Origin: TPA_inf: Saccharomyces
Taxonomy: Eukaryota
Length of the DNA: 64,000 nt
Assembly: GCA_000146045.2 (NCBI GenBank)
Contig: BK006947.3
Span: 160,001-224,000 of the forward strand
Direction: 5' to 3'
The translations under genes were made by a program, and so were the position numbers. Of this stretch, positions 34,301 to 42,427 are shown one piece after another. The notes below the pieces were generated by a model. That model was not told the DNA's origin. It ran no database searches and was given only the letters and a program-made list of their open reading frames with translations. Position 1 is the first letter of the stretch, and each line of letters opens with the position of its first letter.

Positions 34301-36102
34301 GTGGTATTTTACTTCCCCATGAGAGTTATCTAGACTCTGCTCAGCCAAAAGAAGAAGATACTCCACCAATCGCCTCAAAAGAGCAAGAAAGGGATGTGGA
34401 TATAAGGGGTAGTATAGATGTCGAAAAAGTTGTTATAAAACTATTCGATGGGTATGATTGGAAATATACGCGGAAATTTATCGCTAATACTGTTGAAAAA
34501 CTGGATAAAGAGCTCAGTAAAGCGGAAGCAAGCAGTTCGAAATCAAATGTACCCCAATCAGAGGCAAATATTTTTGACTCTATTTATATATCTGCTAACA
34601 AAAACAATGTCACAGATTTGAGAAGAAATCTTGATGGTGAGATCCAGGGGGTTCAGAATTCCTTCTCTGATGTCTCTAAAGTTAATTTGCGACCTTCTAA
34701 GCATTACAAAGCCCTGATTCAATTGAACAAAGTACATGTCAATTTGAAGAATTATCGAGTAGATGAACCCGATGAGTCTAACTCTGATAATTCCACAGAT
34801 GTTTTGAACCGATGTGTAGTTTCCATTTACGAATTTGAAATTATCGATAATGTTCCCACGTCCACCTGGAATAAATTTGTAACTTTGCTAAAGCACGAAC
34901 CGTGGCCACACAGTTCTCCGATGTTTCTTCTGGACCTGGAATTTATCCGGCCGATCGACTTTTTGCAAGCAGTGGAATTAGTCATGCAATTAAATGTTGC
35001 GCCTTTACGCCTTCACGTGGATCAAGACACTTTAGAGTTTCTAATAAGGTTCTTAGGGTTCAAAGATAAAAGATTTGAATTAATTGATGAGTATCCAGAT
35101 ATTGTATTTATTCAAAAATTTAGCACTAATTCAATTAAGTTAAGATTAGATTATAAGCCGAAAAAAGTTGATTATGCGGGTTTAAGATCGGGCCAAACTT
35201 CTGAATTGATGAATTTTTTTACCCTTGATGGATCCAAGATTATTTTGAAAAGCGTAGTCCTGTATGGATTAAATGGATTCGATGAATTAAATAATAAACT
35301 GAAAGCCATTTGGACGCCGGATATTACCAAAAAGCAGCTGCCTGGCGTTTTGGAAGGACTGGCTCCTGTCAGATCGTTTATGGCGATTGGGTCAGGGGTG
35401 AAGACCCTAGTCACAGTACTAATGTCAGAATACAGGCAAGAAGGGCATTTGGGAAGGAGTCTGAAAAAGGGTGGCAATGTCTTCTTGAAAACGACAACGG
35501 GAGATTTTGTGAAATTGGGAGTTAAATTAACTTCAGGGACACAGGCGATATTGGAGAACACCGAGGAACTATTCGGTGGTGTTGGTTCCAATGGCAGGGT
35601 GTACGATGCATCGAAATTTGGCTCCGCTGATGGTGCAGACAGTGATACTGCAGCTGTATTAGACTTGGATACTTTATTCGAGGAGGATCAGTTAGTTGGT
35701 AGTAAATATTCCAGGATAAGAGATCATGAGCCCACGGCAGTAGTCATCGATATGTCTTCACCGGGAGATCACAACGAACCCACAATAGTGAGTCTGTACG
35801 CAGATCAGCCCCTCGACCTGCCCACGGGTTTGAAGGAGGCGTATAGTTCATTAGAAAAGCATATGCATATTGCGTACGATGCGGTATGGAGGGCAAAGGG
35901 ACAGATGAAGGATGATAAACGGGGAGGGCCGAGCGCCGCAGCAGTTTATGTTGCTAGAGCTGCACCTGTGGCAATTATTCGGCCGTTAATTGGGGCCACT
36001 GAGGCAGTGTCTAAGACTTTACAGGGAATAGCTAATCAAGTGGATAAGACGCATAACGAGCAAATCAATGATAAGTACAAGTCCAATCGGACTGATTCGT
36101 AA
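31324..36102 (+). CDS. ATG2: ATG2 (YNL242W), 1592 aa autophagy lipid-transfer protein
   Basis: 1592-aa ORF, ATG at 31324 (MAFWLPQNIQKRLLLYVLQ, Chorein_N-like start). Length and position match Atg2. Confidence 0.92.
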   Translation: MAFWLPQNIQKRLLLYVLQQISLFSNIDLSNLDVSIGSKSHFSFHDVNLSLDDLNIPNVQINEGIVDELVLKLTVSGGVEIDGSGLRFIMTPLYSSGSQELHSDFLVKSIQDLTNSMLQFSDPLTTYNRYKEDDISSSDSSSDLNSNIEASKPAANGSYTLQNMRNKALNVALAKLKIALKDVTIRFIVNDRDPSDNIVEVHLESIQLITTDANLRHINIENITISSIQKQAVPDSPVHPFNNDDLSQSVYLSKMEATSLYMSAMEEQSNEDPSEPQVTQEEQENDKCKESLMEINNLNIAFKGLSSVNDLRMSNIVIDIQDVHLAIHKIVEIKNSTLKNIIDIIVTHLDANESFSCQDSQSPSPDKQEPSALSSVDIKCIYLNLGQDITVILKSFKLEQKENNSLAFSLGSFYSNSSPLTISHKTKPLLTGEQTPQSIALNMGDELDIIISHDGIAHFFKIFQFVSKCMSFYQNKSKGMMPQIASDTKRTVQLTSKAVKLSLKFPYFLLCFQVSPFIYDSNRELYIELVDVFKKLPSRCTKILTMSSITISNLQSPLQLGSYDDTLKEALIYSSVHAIIKEVIFNEEYSGIVQLVEDISAFGKLFTDSKNSECTGKSKSKRGSFLQRSVRVLNSSRFVYKQSLSANFSLKIDSMKLKVSEIIGPQFGSVEALLSNNFFAITDDSQIVYFTKNLKVERKTPSLLEPQEIMSVVLNKAVNEPVLYVHRRANGKLKVIFNNIRIHYYARWLEILKKNIGPDNASSKDEPVSQKLSKKQPTSGFPWELKCLDCSLILHPFRLKSVMVIVLDNLTTGGSSFIPQAKLLSKANTLFLIDDYQNFKIQKDKNWPSLINFYAGQGFSAIGKIDTLNFLINKSDGALLLDCKIEQVGLSLCADSFQTFCQLCIDLKYPQTFPDEEKFRTQLKNPIDVFKDIDCDLFNSAFIRENNHQNDYDSVHLVDSFLDKTHEFNNGARSKLSSQGSYEMDSSSGTATGGILLPHESYLDSAQPKEEDTPPIASKEQERDVDIRGSIDVEKVVIKLFDGYDWKYTRKFIANTVEKLDKELSKAEASSSKSNVPQSEANIFDSIYISANKNNVTDLRRNLDGEIQGVQNSFSDVSKVNLRPSKHYKALIQLNKVHVNLKNYRVDEPDESNSDNSTDVLNRCVVSIYEFEIIDNVPTSTWNKFVTLLKHEPWPHSSPMFLLDLEFIRPIDFLQAVELVMQLNVAPLRLHVDQDTLEFLIRFLGFKDKRFELIDEYPDIVFIQKFSTNSIKLRLDYKPKKVDYAGLRSGQTSELMNFFTLDGSKIILKSVVLYGLNGFDELNNKLKAIWTPDITKKQLPGVLEGLAPVRSFMAIGSGVKTLVTVLMSEYRQEGHLGRSLKKGGNVFLKTTTGDFVKLGVKLTSGTQAILENTEELFGGVGSNGRVYDASKFGSADGADSDTAAVLDLDTLFEEDQLVGSKYSRIRDHEPTAVVIDMSSPGDHNEPTIVSLYADQPLDLPTGLKEAYSSLEKHMHIAYDAVWRAKGQMKDDKRGGPSAAAVYVARAAPVAIIRPLIGATEAVSKTLQGIANQVDKTHNEQINDKYKSNRTDS

Positions 36103-36150
36103 AAATTTTTGCAGACATTTTTGATATATATTCAATTCATATTTTATCTC

Positions 36151-36168
36151 TTTTTTTTTTTTTTTTTT
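36151..36168. repeat. T18 homopolymer in the convergent 3' region between ATG2 and ZWF1
   Basis: ctc + 18 T + cagacg. It lies 49 bp after the ATG2 stop and about 258 bp after the ZWF1 stop on the opposite strand. Confidence 0.9.
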
Positions 36169-36425
36169 CAGACGTGGAATGGTGGGAAAGCCAAAATGTC
36201 ACTGACCGCGGCTAAAAGTTAAAAAATACATGAGACGACATTCTTTTATGTATATATATTTACACATGTATACAAACAAATACACACGCAAGTAGAGAGG
36301 AGTTGGTGGGGGGAAGATGCCATTATAGAGGAGAAAAGAACAAAGAGAGTGAGCTTGCAAGATAAAATCACTCGAAAAAAAAAATTTCAGTGACTTAGCC
36401 GATAAATGAATGTGCTTGCATTTTT

Positions 36426-37943
36426 CTAATTATCCTTCGTATCTTCTGGCTTAGTCACGGGCCAAGCGTAAGGGTGCTTTTCGGGCATAACATACTTGTG
36501 TTTTTGCATATATTCCTTCAATCCCTTTGGACCTCTTGATCCGTAGGGGTAAATTTCCGGTGTTGGACCGTCCGGACGCTCTATGTGCTTCAGTAATGGG
36601 GTGAATATGCCCCAACTGATATCCAATTCGTCATCTCTGACAAAGTTGGAATGGTCACCCAGTAGGGCGTCTCTTATCAACACCTCGTAAGCCTCTGGAA
36701 TCCAAAAGTCTTGGTACCTGCTTGCGTAAGTTAGATTCAGATCTGTGACTTGGGTAGCATTTGACAGACCAGGGGTCTTAGCATTAAACTTTAGGTACAC
36801 AGCGGCATCGGGCTGCACTCTGATGACCAGTTCGTTATTTGGAATGTCTTTGAAGACACCCGATGCGACCGCTTTGTACTGCAGTCTGATCTCCACCTTG
36901 GACTCATTCAAAGCCTTACCGGCACGCATCATGATGGGGACGCCCTCCCAACGCTCGTTTTCGATGTTGAAAGTCATTGCTGCAAAAGTGACACATTTAG
37001 AGTCCTTGTCTACAGTGTCATCATCCACGTAGGCGGGCTTAGACCCGTCCTCAGATTTACCGTACTGGCCCAAGAGGACGTCGTCCGTGTCGATGGGGGC
37101 CACGGCCTTTAGAACCTTAACCTTTTCGTCACGAATAGATTCCGGGTCAAAAGACACCGGTCTTTCCATAGTCAAGAGAGTCATGATTTGTAACAGATGG
37201 TTCTGCATCACGTCTCTGATTATGCCTATAGAGTCGAAATAGCCGCCACGGCCTTCGGTGCCGAACCTCTCTTTAAACGAAATCTGAACGCTTTGAATGT
37301 TGTCTCTATTCCACGAGGCATTCAAAAACTGGTTACCGAACCTCAAGACTAAAAGATTCTTGACCAACTCTTTACCCAAGTAATGGTCAATTCTGTACAA
37401 CTCTTCTTCTTTAAAGAGGGGCCCCAGGTTTTTTTGCAGCTCCCTGGCAGAGGCCAGGTCGTGGCCGAAAGGTTTCTCTACGATTACACGGGTGATGCCA
37501 TTCTCTGCGTACACACGACTCTTGATCTGCTTGGCCACCGTCAAAAAAACGCTTGGCGGCAAGGCCAGATAGAAGAGACGGTGTGGGACATCGACGTTGG
37601 CACTTTTCTCGAATTTCTCGATCTGCGTTCTTAATTCGTCGAAGCCTTCATCTGTGTCGTAATTTCCCGAAATGTAGCTGACCATCTTGAAGAACTGTTC
37701 GACCTTAGAGTCATCGGCTTCACCGTGAGGTTTTTTCAAGTGGGGTAGGACACGGGACTTCAGGTCCTCCTCCATGGACAATTTGGACCGGGCATAACCG
37801 AAGATCTTGGTAGATGGATCAAGGTAACCTTCTCTGAAAAGCCCAAATAAGGCGGGAAAAGTCTTCTTCTTTGCCAGATCACCTGACGCACCAAAGACAG
37901 ATATGACGGTATTTTTTTCGAATTTGACGGGGCCTTCACTCAT
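36426..37943 (-). CDS. ZWF1: ZWF1 (YNL241C), 505 aa glucose-6-phosphate dehydrogenase
   Basis: 505-aa ORF, ATG at 37943. NADP-binding GASGDLAKKKTFPALF, active-site RIDHYLGKE motif, dimer interface region. Confidence 0.96.
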   Translation of the reverse strand: MSEGPVKFEKNTVISVFGASGDLAKKKTFPALFGLFREGYLDPSTKIFGYARSKLSMEEDLKSRVLPHLKKPHGEADDSKVEQFFKMVSYISGNYDTDEGFDELRTQIEKFEKSANVDVPHRLFYLALPPSVFLTVAKQIKSRVYAENGITRVIVEKPFGHDLASARELQKNLGPLFKEEELYRIDHYLGKELVKNLLVLRFGNQFLNASWNRDNIQSVQISFKERFGTEGRGGYFDSIGIIRDVMQNHLLQIMTLLTMERPVSFDPESIRDEKVKVLKAVAPIDTDDVLLGQYGKSEDGSKPAYVDDDTVDKDSKCVTFAAMTFNIENERWEGVPIMMRAGKALNESKVEIRLQYKAVASGVFKDIPNNELVIRVQPDAAVYLKFNAKTPGLSNATQVTDLNLTYASRYQDFWIPEAYEVLIRDALLGDHSNFVRDDELDISWGIFTPLLKHIERPDGPTPEIYPYGSRGPKGLKEYMQKHKYVMPEKHPYAWPVTKPEDTKDN

Positions 37944-38004
37944 CTTGCCTTATGTGGTTTTCTATTCTATTGGATTTACTCTTTCTGTCTATACAGCCAA
38001 TTGG

Positions 38005-38056
38005 AGAGGGGGAAGGGGGAGAAGGAGGGGTGAGTGGAGAAAAGGGAGAGAGGGGC
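38005..38056. promoter_or_regulatory. Polypurine tract with four AGGGG (STRE-like, CCCCT on the ZWF1 sense strand) motifs 60-115 bp upstream of the ZWF1 ATG
   Basis: ggagagggggaagggggagaaggaggggtgagtggagaaaagggagagaggggcagg on the + strand. ZWF1 is transcribed from the minus strand with ATG at 37943. Confidence 0.35.
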
Positions 38057-38501
38057 AGGAGGAAGCCACTTTAGGTGTTATGTGTCGGTATATAGATGAA
38101 CCCACAGTTTGCTTATATATGGGATAGCCTTGGCGAGTTTTCCGTACATTGAAGAATTCGCCACCCTTAGAAAAGGGGCCACCACACCTTGAGCCAAAAA
38201 TCCCACATTAATAATATTCCATTTTTTTTTTAGTCATTTTTTTTTTTTTCGTCTCTCTTCCTCCTCCGGCCGAGCCGAAACCGGGCTTTTAGCACCGTTG
38301 GAAGCTTGTATCTCCGCGTAAGACCGCCGGAGTATGCATCTTATAGCGGTTTTTCCAGTTCTTTTCCACTATTACGTGGTGCTTCCAGTAGCGCTACTAT
38401 TATTGTTGTTCTTGCTATTATTTAAATGTCACTATGTACTTGATACACACAGTTTGTGGTGATTTCACGCTTATGTACACGGGTGCAAAACTACACCTTA
38501 C

Positions 38502-39977
38502 TTACCAGGTGCTCCCAACAGAGACGAGATCCTTTTCGACGGCCTGCTTGACGGGCGCGAAGACGTACTCTAGCGAAAGCGGGCGGGCTGCCGCCTCTTC
38601 TAGCTTGGGTCCCAGGGTTAGAGGATCTACCATTGCTAGCTCCTCTCCGTGACGCTTATTCAGTGTCTGAACCAACTGCTTCCGCTTGAGACTGTTTTGC
38701 TCGCCATTGAGTAGGCCACCACCGTTCATGCATGCACCCGGACACGCGTTTACCTCGATGTAGTCCGAGTGGTAGGGATCGGCCGTGGCGGCCGTGGCGG
38801 CCGCCATCTCGCGTGAGTTCGCCTTTGGACCTGTTCGTCTCTTCCGCAGAGCGGTGATGTTCCTCTTGCGCTCTGACCCGGAGCCCGAGGTCAGTTTACG
38901 CACCAGATTTTGGATGTTTCTAAACCCGGAAAGCTCGCTGGCGGCGGCTATTATGCGATCATCGTGCAGCAATCGGTACTCGACAATGTCGCTGTTTCTA
39001 CCCTCCAGAACTATCATCTGACTTCCTGGGTGTAGTCGTTGGACAGCCGTTACGTACTGGTAGGCATAGCCACCACAAGTGCCTCCCAGATTCGACGCCC
39101 AGTGGACTCGCGGGTCCCATCCCGGCGGTGATAGCCGCCCATATAAACTTGTGTCCTCAGTAAGAAACGACTTGAAGTCTAAATTCAACTCTTGTAACAT
39201 TGTCACTATTTCACGTGGCGTAATGACACAGTCAATCCCATCGTCAAGCGATTCTGGCCTTGACGCTTCTAGTTTCTTGTCAAAACATGGCATCAGCGAC
39301 AGATGGTAAAAGGACTCACGCGCGATAGCGAGACTCTCGAACGTAGCTCTGATCAACGAGCCCGTAATTTGCTGAGGCGACTTGACATTGAGCAGCATAG
39401 GCACCAACTGCGGTTTGGTCTTTTCCGTGTATATAAGAAATCCCGGACACACAGCAGATAATAGAGGCTTGCGGTCCGCACCGGTATTTTCTTTTTGTTT
39501 CTTATGCGCAATGATCTTCTCTACGGTTTTGCTAATCGATATGATTCTGCCCATCTCCGTTCCAACCATATACTTGCACTGGAAATGCTTTTGGAAAAAA
39601 TTCATCAAACACAAATCGGCCGCCTCCAATGTTAAGCCGTAGTACTGCGCAAGAGATAGTCTGCATTGTGGCGAGACACTCACAACGAGGAATTTGTCTT
39701 GCTGCTGCGAAAGCTTCCCCCAGTTTTTCAGGAAAACCGAGTGACTTTGGCTACTCAACAAGATTTCTTCACTAGACGTTATACAACCAGAACACGCGAG
39801 GCAGTCTGATAGGGTAATAGAGACCTTCTCCAGTTGGTCTGGTTCCGTGCTCACCTCGTATTCTCCGTTCATGTTAACGTTATCCTTCTTGCCCCCGCTC
39901 ACCTGGGTAGGTTTGACGCACGCAAGGGCGGGACTGATAAAATCGTTTAGGTCAGACTCGGACAGTAGAGCACTCAT
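38502..39977 (-). CDS. NAR1: NAR1 (YNL240C), 491 aa cytosolic Fe-S assembly protein, [FeFe]-hydrogenase-like
   Basis: 491-aa ORF, ATG at 39977. N-terminal cysteine cluster CLACSGCITSSEE plus further conserved Cys (CPGF, CPGACMNGGG). Confidence 0.92.
   Translation of the reverse strand: MSALLSESDLNDFISPALACVKPTQVSGGKKDNVNMNGEYEVSTEPDQLEKVSITLSDCLACSGCITSSEEILLSSQSHSVFLKNWGKLSQQQDKFLVVSVSPQCRLSLAQYYGLTLEAADLCLMNFFQKHFQCKYMVGTEMGRIISISKTVEKIIAHKKQKENTGADRKPLLSAVCPGFLIYTEKTKPQLVPMLLNVKSPQQITGSLIRATFESLAIARESFYHLSLMPCFDKKLEASRPESLDDGIDCVITPREIVTMLQELNLDFKSFLTEDTSLYGRLSPPGWDPRVHWASNLGGTCGGYAYQYVTAVQRLHPGSQMIVLEGRNSDIVEYRLLHDDRIIAAASELSGFRNIQNLVRKLTSGSGSERKRNITALRKRRTGPKANSREMAAATAATADPYHSDYIEVNACPGACMNGGGLLNGEQNSLKRKQLVQTLNKRHGEELAMVDPLTLGPKLEEAAARPLSLEYVFAPVKQAVEKDLVSVGSTW
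38781..38805 (-). repeat. NAR1: GC-rich 9-bp tandem duplication GGCCGTGGC x2 followed by GGCCGCC inside the NAR1 CDS (encodes AAATAATA)
   Basis: ggccgtggcggccgtggcggccgcc on the + strand. About 88% GC in a ~38% GC genome. In frame within NAR1. Confidence 0.8.
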
Positions 39978-40417
39978 GCTTTCTTGTACACTTATCTTGT
40001 CACTCAGGAAAAGGAAGCTCCCTCTCTTATCTTTCCAGCTGACAAGACAAGTTTCTTAGTCATCACCATAAAACGCTTTTATCATTTTTTTCTTCATGCG
40101 ATGAGCAGGGAAAACTGGTAAAAAAAGAAAATAGGAAGTGGAAAAGAAAAAACTAGCGGAAAGGCAGGCAATATGCTTTACAAACAGGCAAATTTTGTCT
40201 CTTAATCCTGTGAAGAGGCATCGTATATTCAGTGCTTTTTGAAATTTAGAAAATAGTCGCTTTATTGATTATGCTACATATGTTATTTTGCTTTAGTATG
40301 TGTCAAATAGCATGCAATCGCCGGGTAGTGAGTGACACATCCTTTTTTCCCCTCCCACCAGAAAGTCACCTGCTCTCTTAATCAATGGGGTTGCATGTGG
40401 TAATCAATTGATAACGC

Positions 40418-40434
40418 CGGCTGACAAGTCGCCG
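40418..40434. promoter_or_regulatory. Gal4-type UAS (CGG-N11-CCG) upstream of LAP3/GAL6
   Basis: cgg ctgacaagtcg ccg: CGG at 40418-40420, 11-nt spacer at 40421-40431, CCG at 40432-40434. It lies 48 bp upstream of the 40482 ATG. GAL6 is a known Gal4-regulated gene. Confidence 0.65.
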
Positions 40435-40481
40435 ACGGGCACCCATAAATAAACGATAAATAGCCCTTGCTCTTTTGTTAC

Positions 40482-41933
40482 ATGCTTCCTACTTCTGTTT
40501 CCCGGTCCTTGTATCTCAAGACGTTTAGAAGCCACCTTTTACGAGCACCACAAATTGTTTTAAAAAGAATGTCCTCTTCCATCGATATCAGTAAGATCAA
40601 CTCTTGGAACAAAGAGTTTCAATCCGACTTAACCCATCAATTGGCAACCACTGTCCTTAAGAATTATAATGCCGATGATGCACTGTTGAACAAGACTAGA
40701 CTGCAAAAGCAAGATAACAGGGTTTTCAACACTGTTGTCTCTACTGATTCCACTCCAGTCACCAACCAAAAAAGCTCTGGTAGATGTTGGTTGTTTGCCG
40801 CTACCAATCAACTGCGCTTGAATGTTCTTTCTGAATTGAACTTAAAAGAATTCGAACTGTCCCAAGCTTACTTGTTCTTTTACGATAAGTTGGAAAAGGC
40901 CAACTATTTCTTGGACCAAATCGTCTCCTCGGCTGATCAAGACATCGACTCACGTCTCGTGCAATACTTGTTAGCAGCTCCAACAGAAGACGGTGGCCAA
41001 TACAGCATGTTTTTGAACCTAGTCAAGAAGTATGGCCTTATCCCCAAAGATTTATACGGGGATCTACCTTATTCTACTACTGCGTCCAGAAAATGGAATT
41101 CTCTGTTGACTACTAAACTGAGAGAATTTGCCGAGACTCTAAGAACAGCTTTGAAAGAGCGTTCTGCCGATGATTCCATAATTGTCACTCTGAGAGAGCA
41201 AATGCAAAGAGAAATCTTCAGGTTGATGTCGTTGTTCATGGACATACCTCCAGTGCAACCAAACGAGCAATTCACTTGGGAATACGTTGACAAAGACAAG
41301 AAAATCCACACTATCAAATCGACTCCGTTAGAATTTGCCTCCAAATACGCAAAATTGGACCCTTCCACGCCAGTCTCATTGATCAATGATCCAAGACACC
41401 CATATGGTAAATTAATTAAGATCGATCGTTTAGGAAACGTCCTTGGCGGAGATGCCGTGATTTACTTAAATGTTGACAATGAAACACTATCTAAATTGGT
41501 TGTTAAGAGATTACAAAATAACAAAGCTGTCTTTTTTGGATCTCACACTCCAAAGTTCATGGACAAGAAAACTGGTGTCATGGATATTGAATTGTGGAAC
41601 TATCCTGCCATCGGCTATAATTTACCTCAGCAAAAGGCATCGCGTATTAGATACCATGAAAGTTTGATGACTCATGCTATGTTGATCACTGGCTGCCACG
41701 TCGATGAAACGTCTAAATTACCACTTCGCTACCGCGTTGAAAATTCCTGGGGTAAAGACTCCGGTAAAGACGGATTATACGTGATGACTCAAAAGTACTT
41801 CGAGGAGTACTGCTTTCAAATTGTGGTCGATATCAATGAATTGCCAAAAGAGCTGGCTTCAAAATTCACCTCAGGTAAGGAAGAGCCGATTGTCTTGCCC
41901 ATCTGGGACCCAATGGGTGCTTTGGCCAAATAA
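40482..41933 (+). CDS. LAP3: LAP3/GAL6/BLH1 (YNL239W), bleomycin hydrolase, papain-family cysteine aminopeptidase; 483 aa from ATG 40482, alternative 454-aa form from ATG 40569
   Basis: The track ORF starts at TTG 40467. ATG at 40482 (MLPTSV...) and ATG at 40569 ([13 protein letters not shown]...). Catalytic Cys context [14 protein letters not shown], His/Asn region near the C-terminus. Confidence 0.9.
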
Positions 41934-42427
41934 ATAGTTTCAGCAGCTCTGATGTAGATACACGTATCTCGACATGTTTTATTTTTACTATACATACATA
42001 AAAGAAATAAAAAATGATAACGTGTATATTATTATTCATATAATCAATGAGGGTCATTTTCTGAAACGCAAAAAACGGTAAATGGAAAAAAAATAAAGAT
42101 AGAAAAAGAAAACAAACAAAGGAAAGGTTAGCATATTAAATAACTGAGCTGATACTTCAACAGCATCGCTGAAGAGAACAGTATTGAAACCGAAACATTT
42201 TCTAAAGGCAAACAAGGTACTCCATATTTGCTGGACGTGTTCTTTCTCTCGTTTCATATGCATAATTCTGTCATAAGCCTGTTCTTTTTCCTGGCTTAAA
42301 CATCCCGTTTTGTAAAAGAGAAATCTATTCCACATATTTCATTCATTCGGCTACCATACTAAGGATAAACTAATCCCGTTGTTTTTTGGCCTCGTCACAT
42401 AATTATAAACTACTAACCCATTATCAG

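Noticed and set aside
35172-35591. 139-aa minus-strand ORF and 71-aa + ORF within ATG2
   Set aside because: Both lie inside the 1592-aa ATG2 CDS in other frames or on the other strand and are of chance length for a 4.8-kb gene. No motifs.
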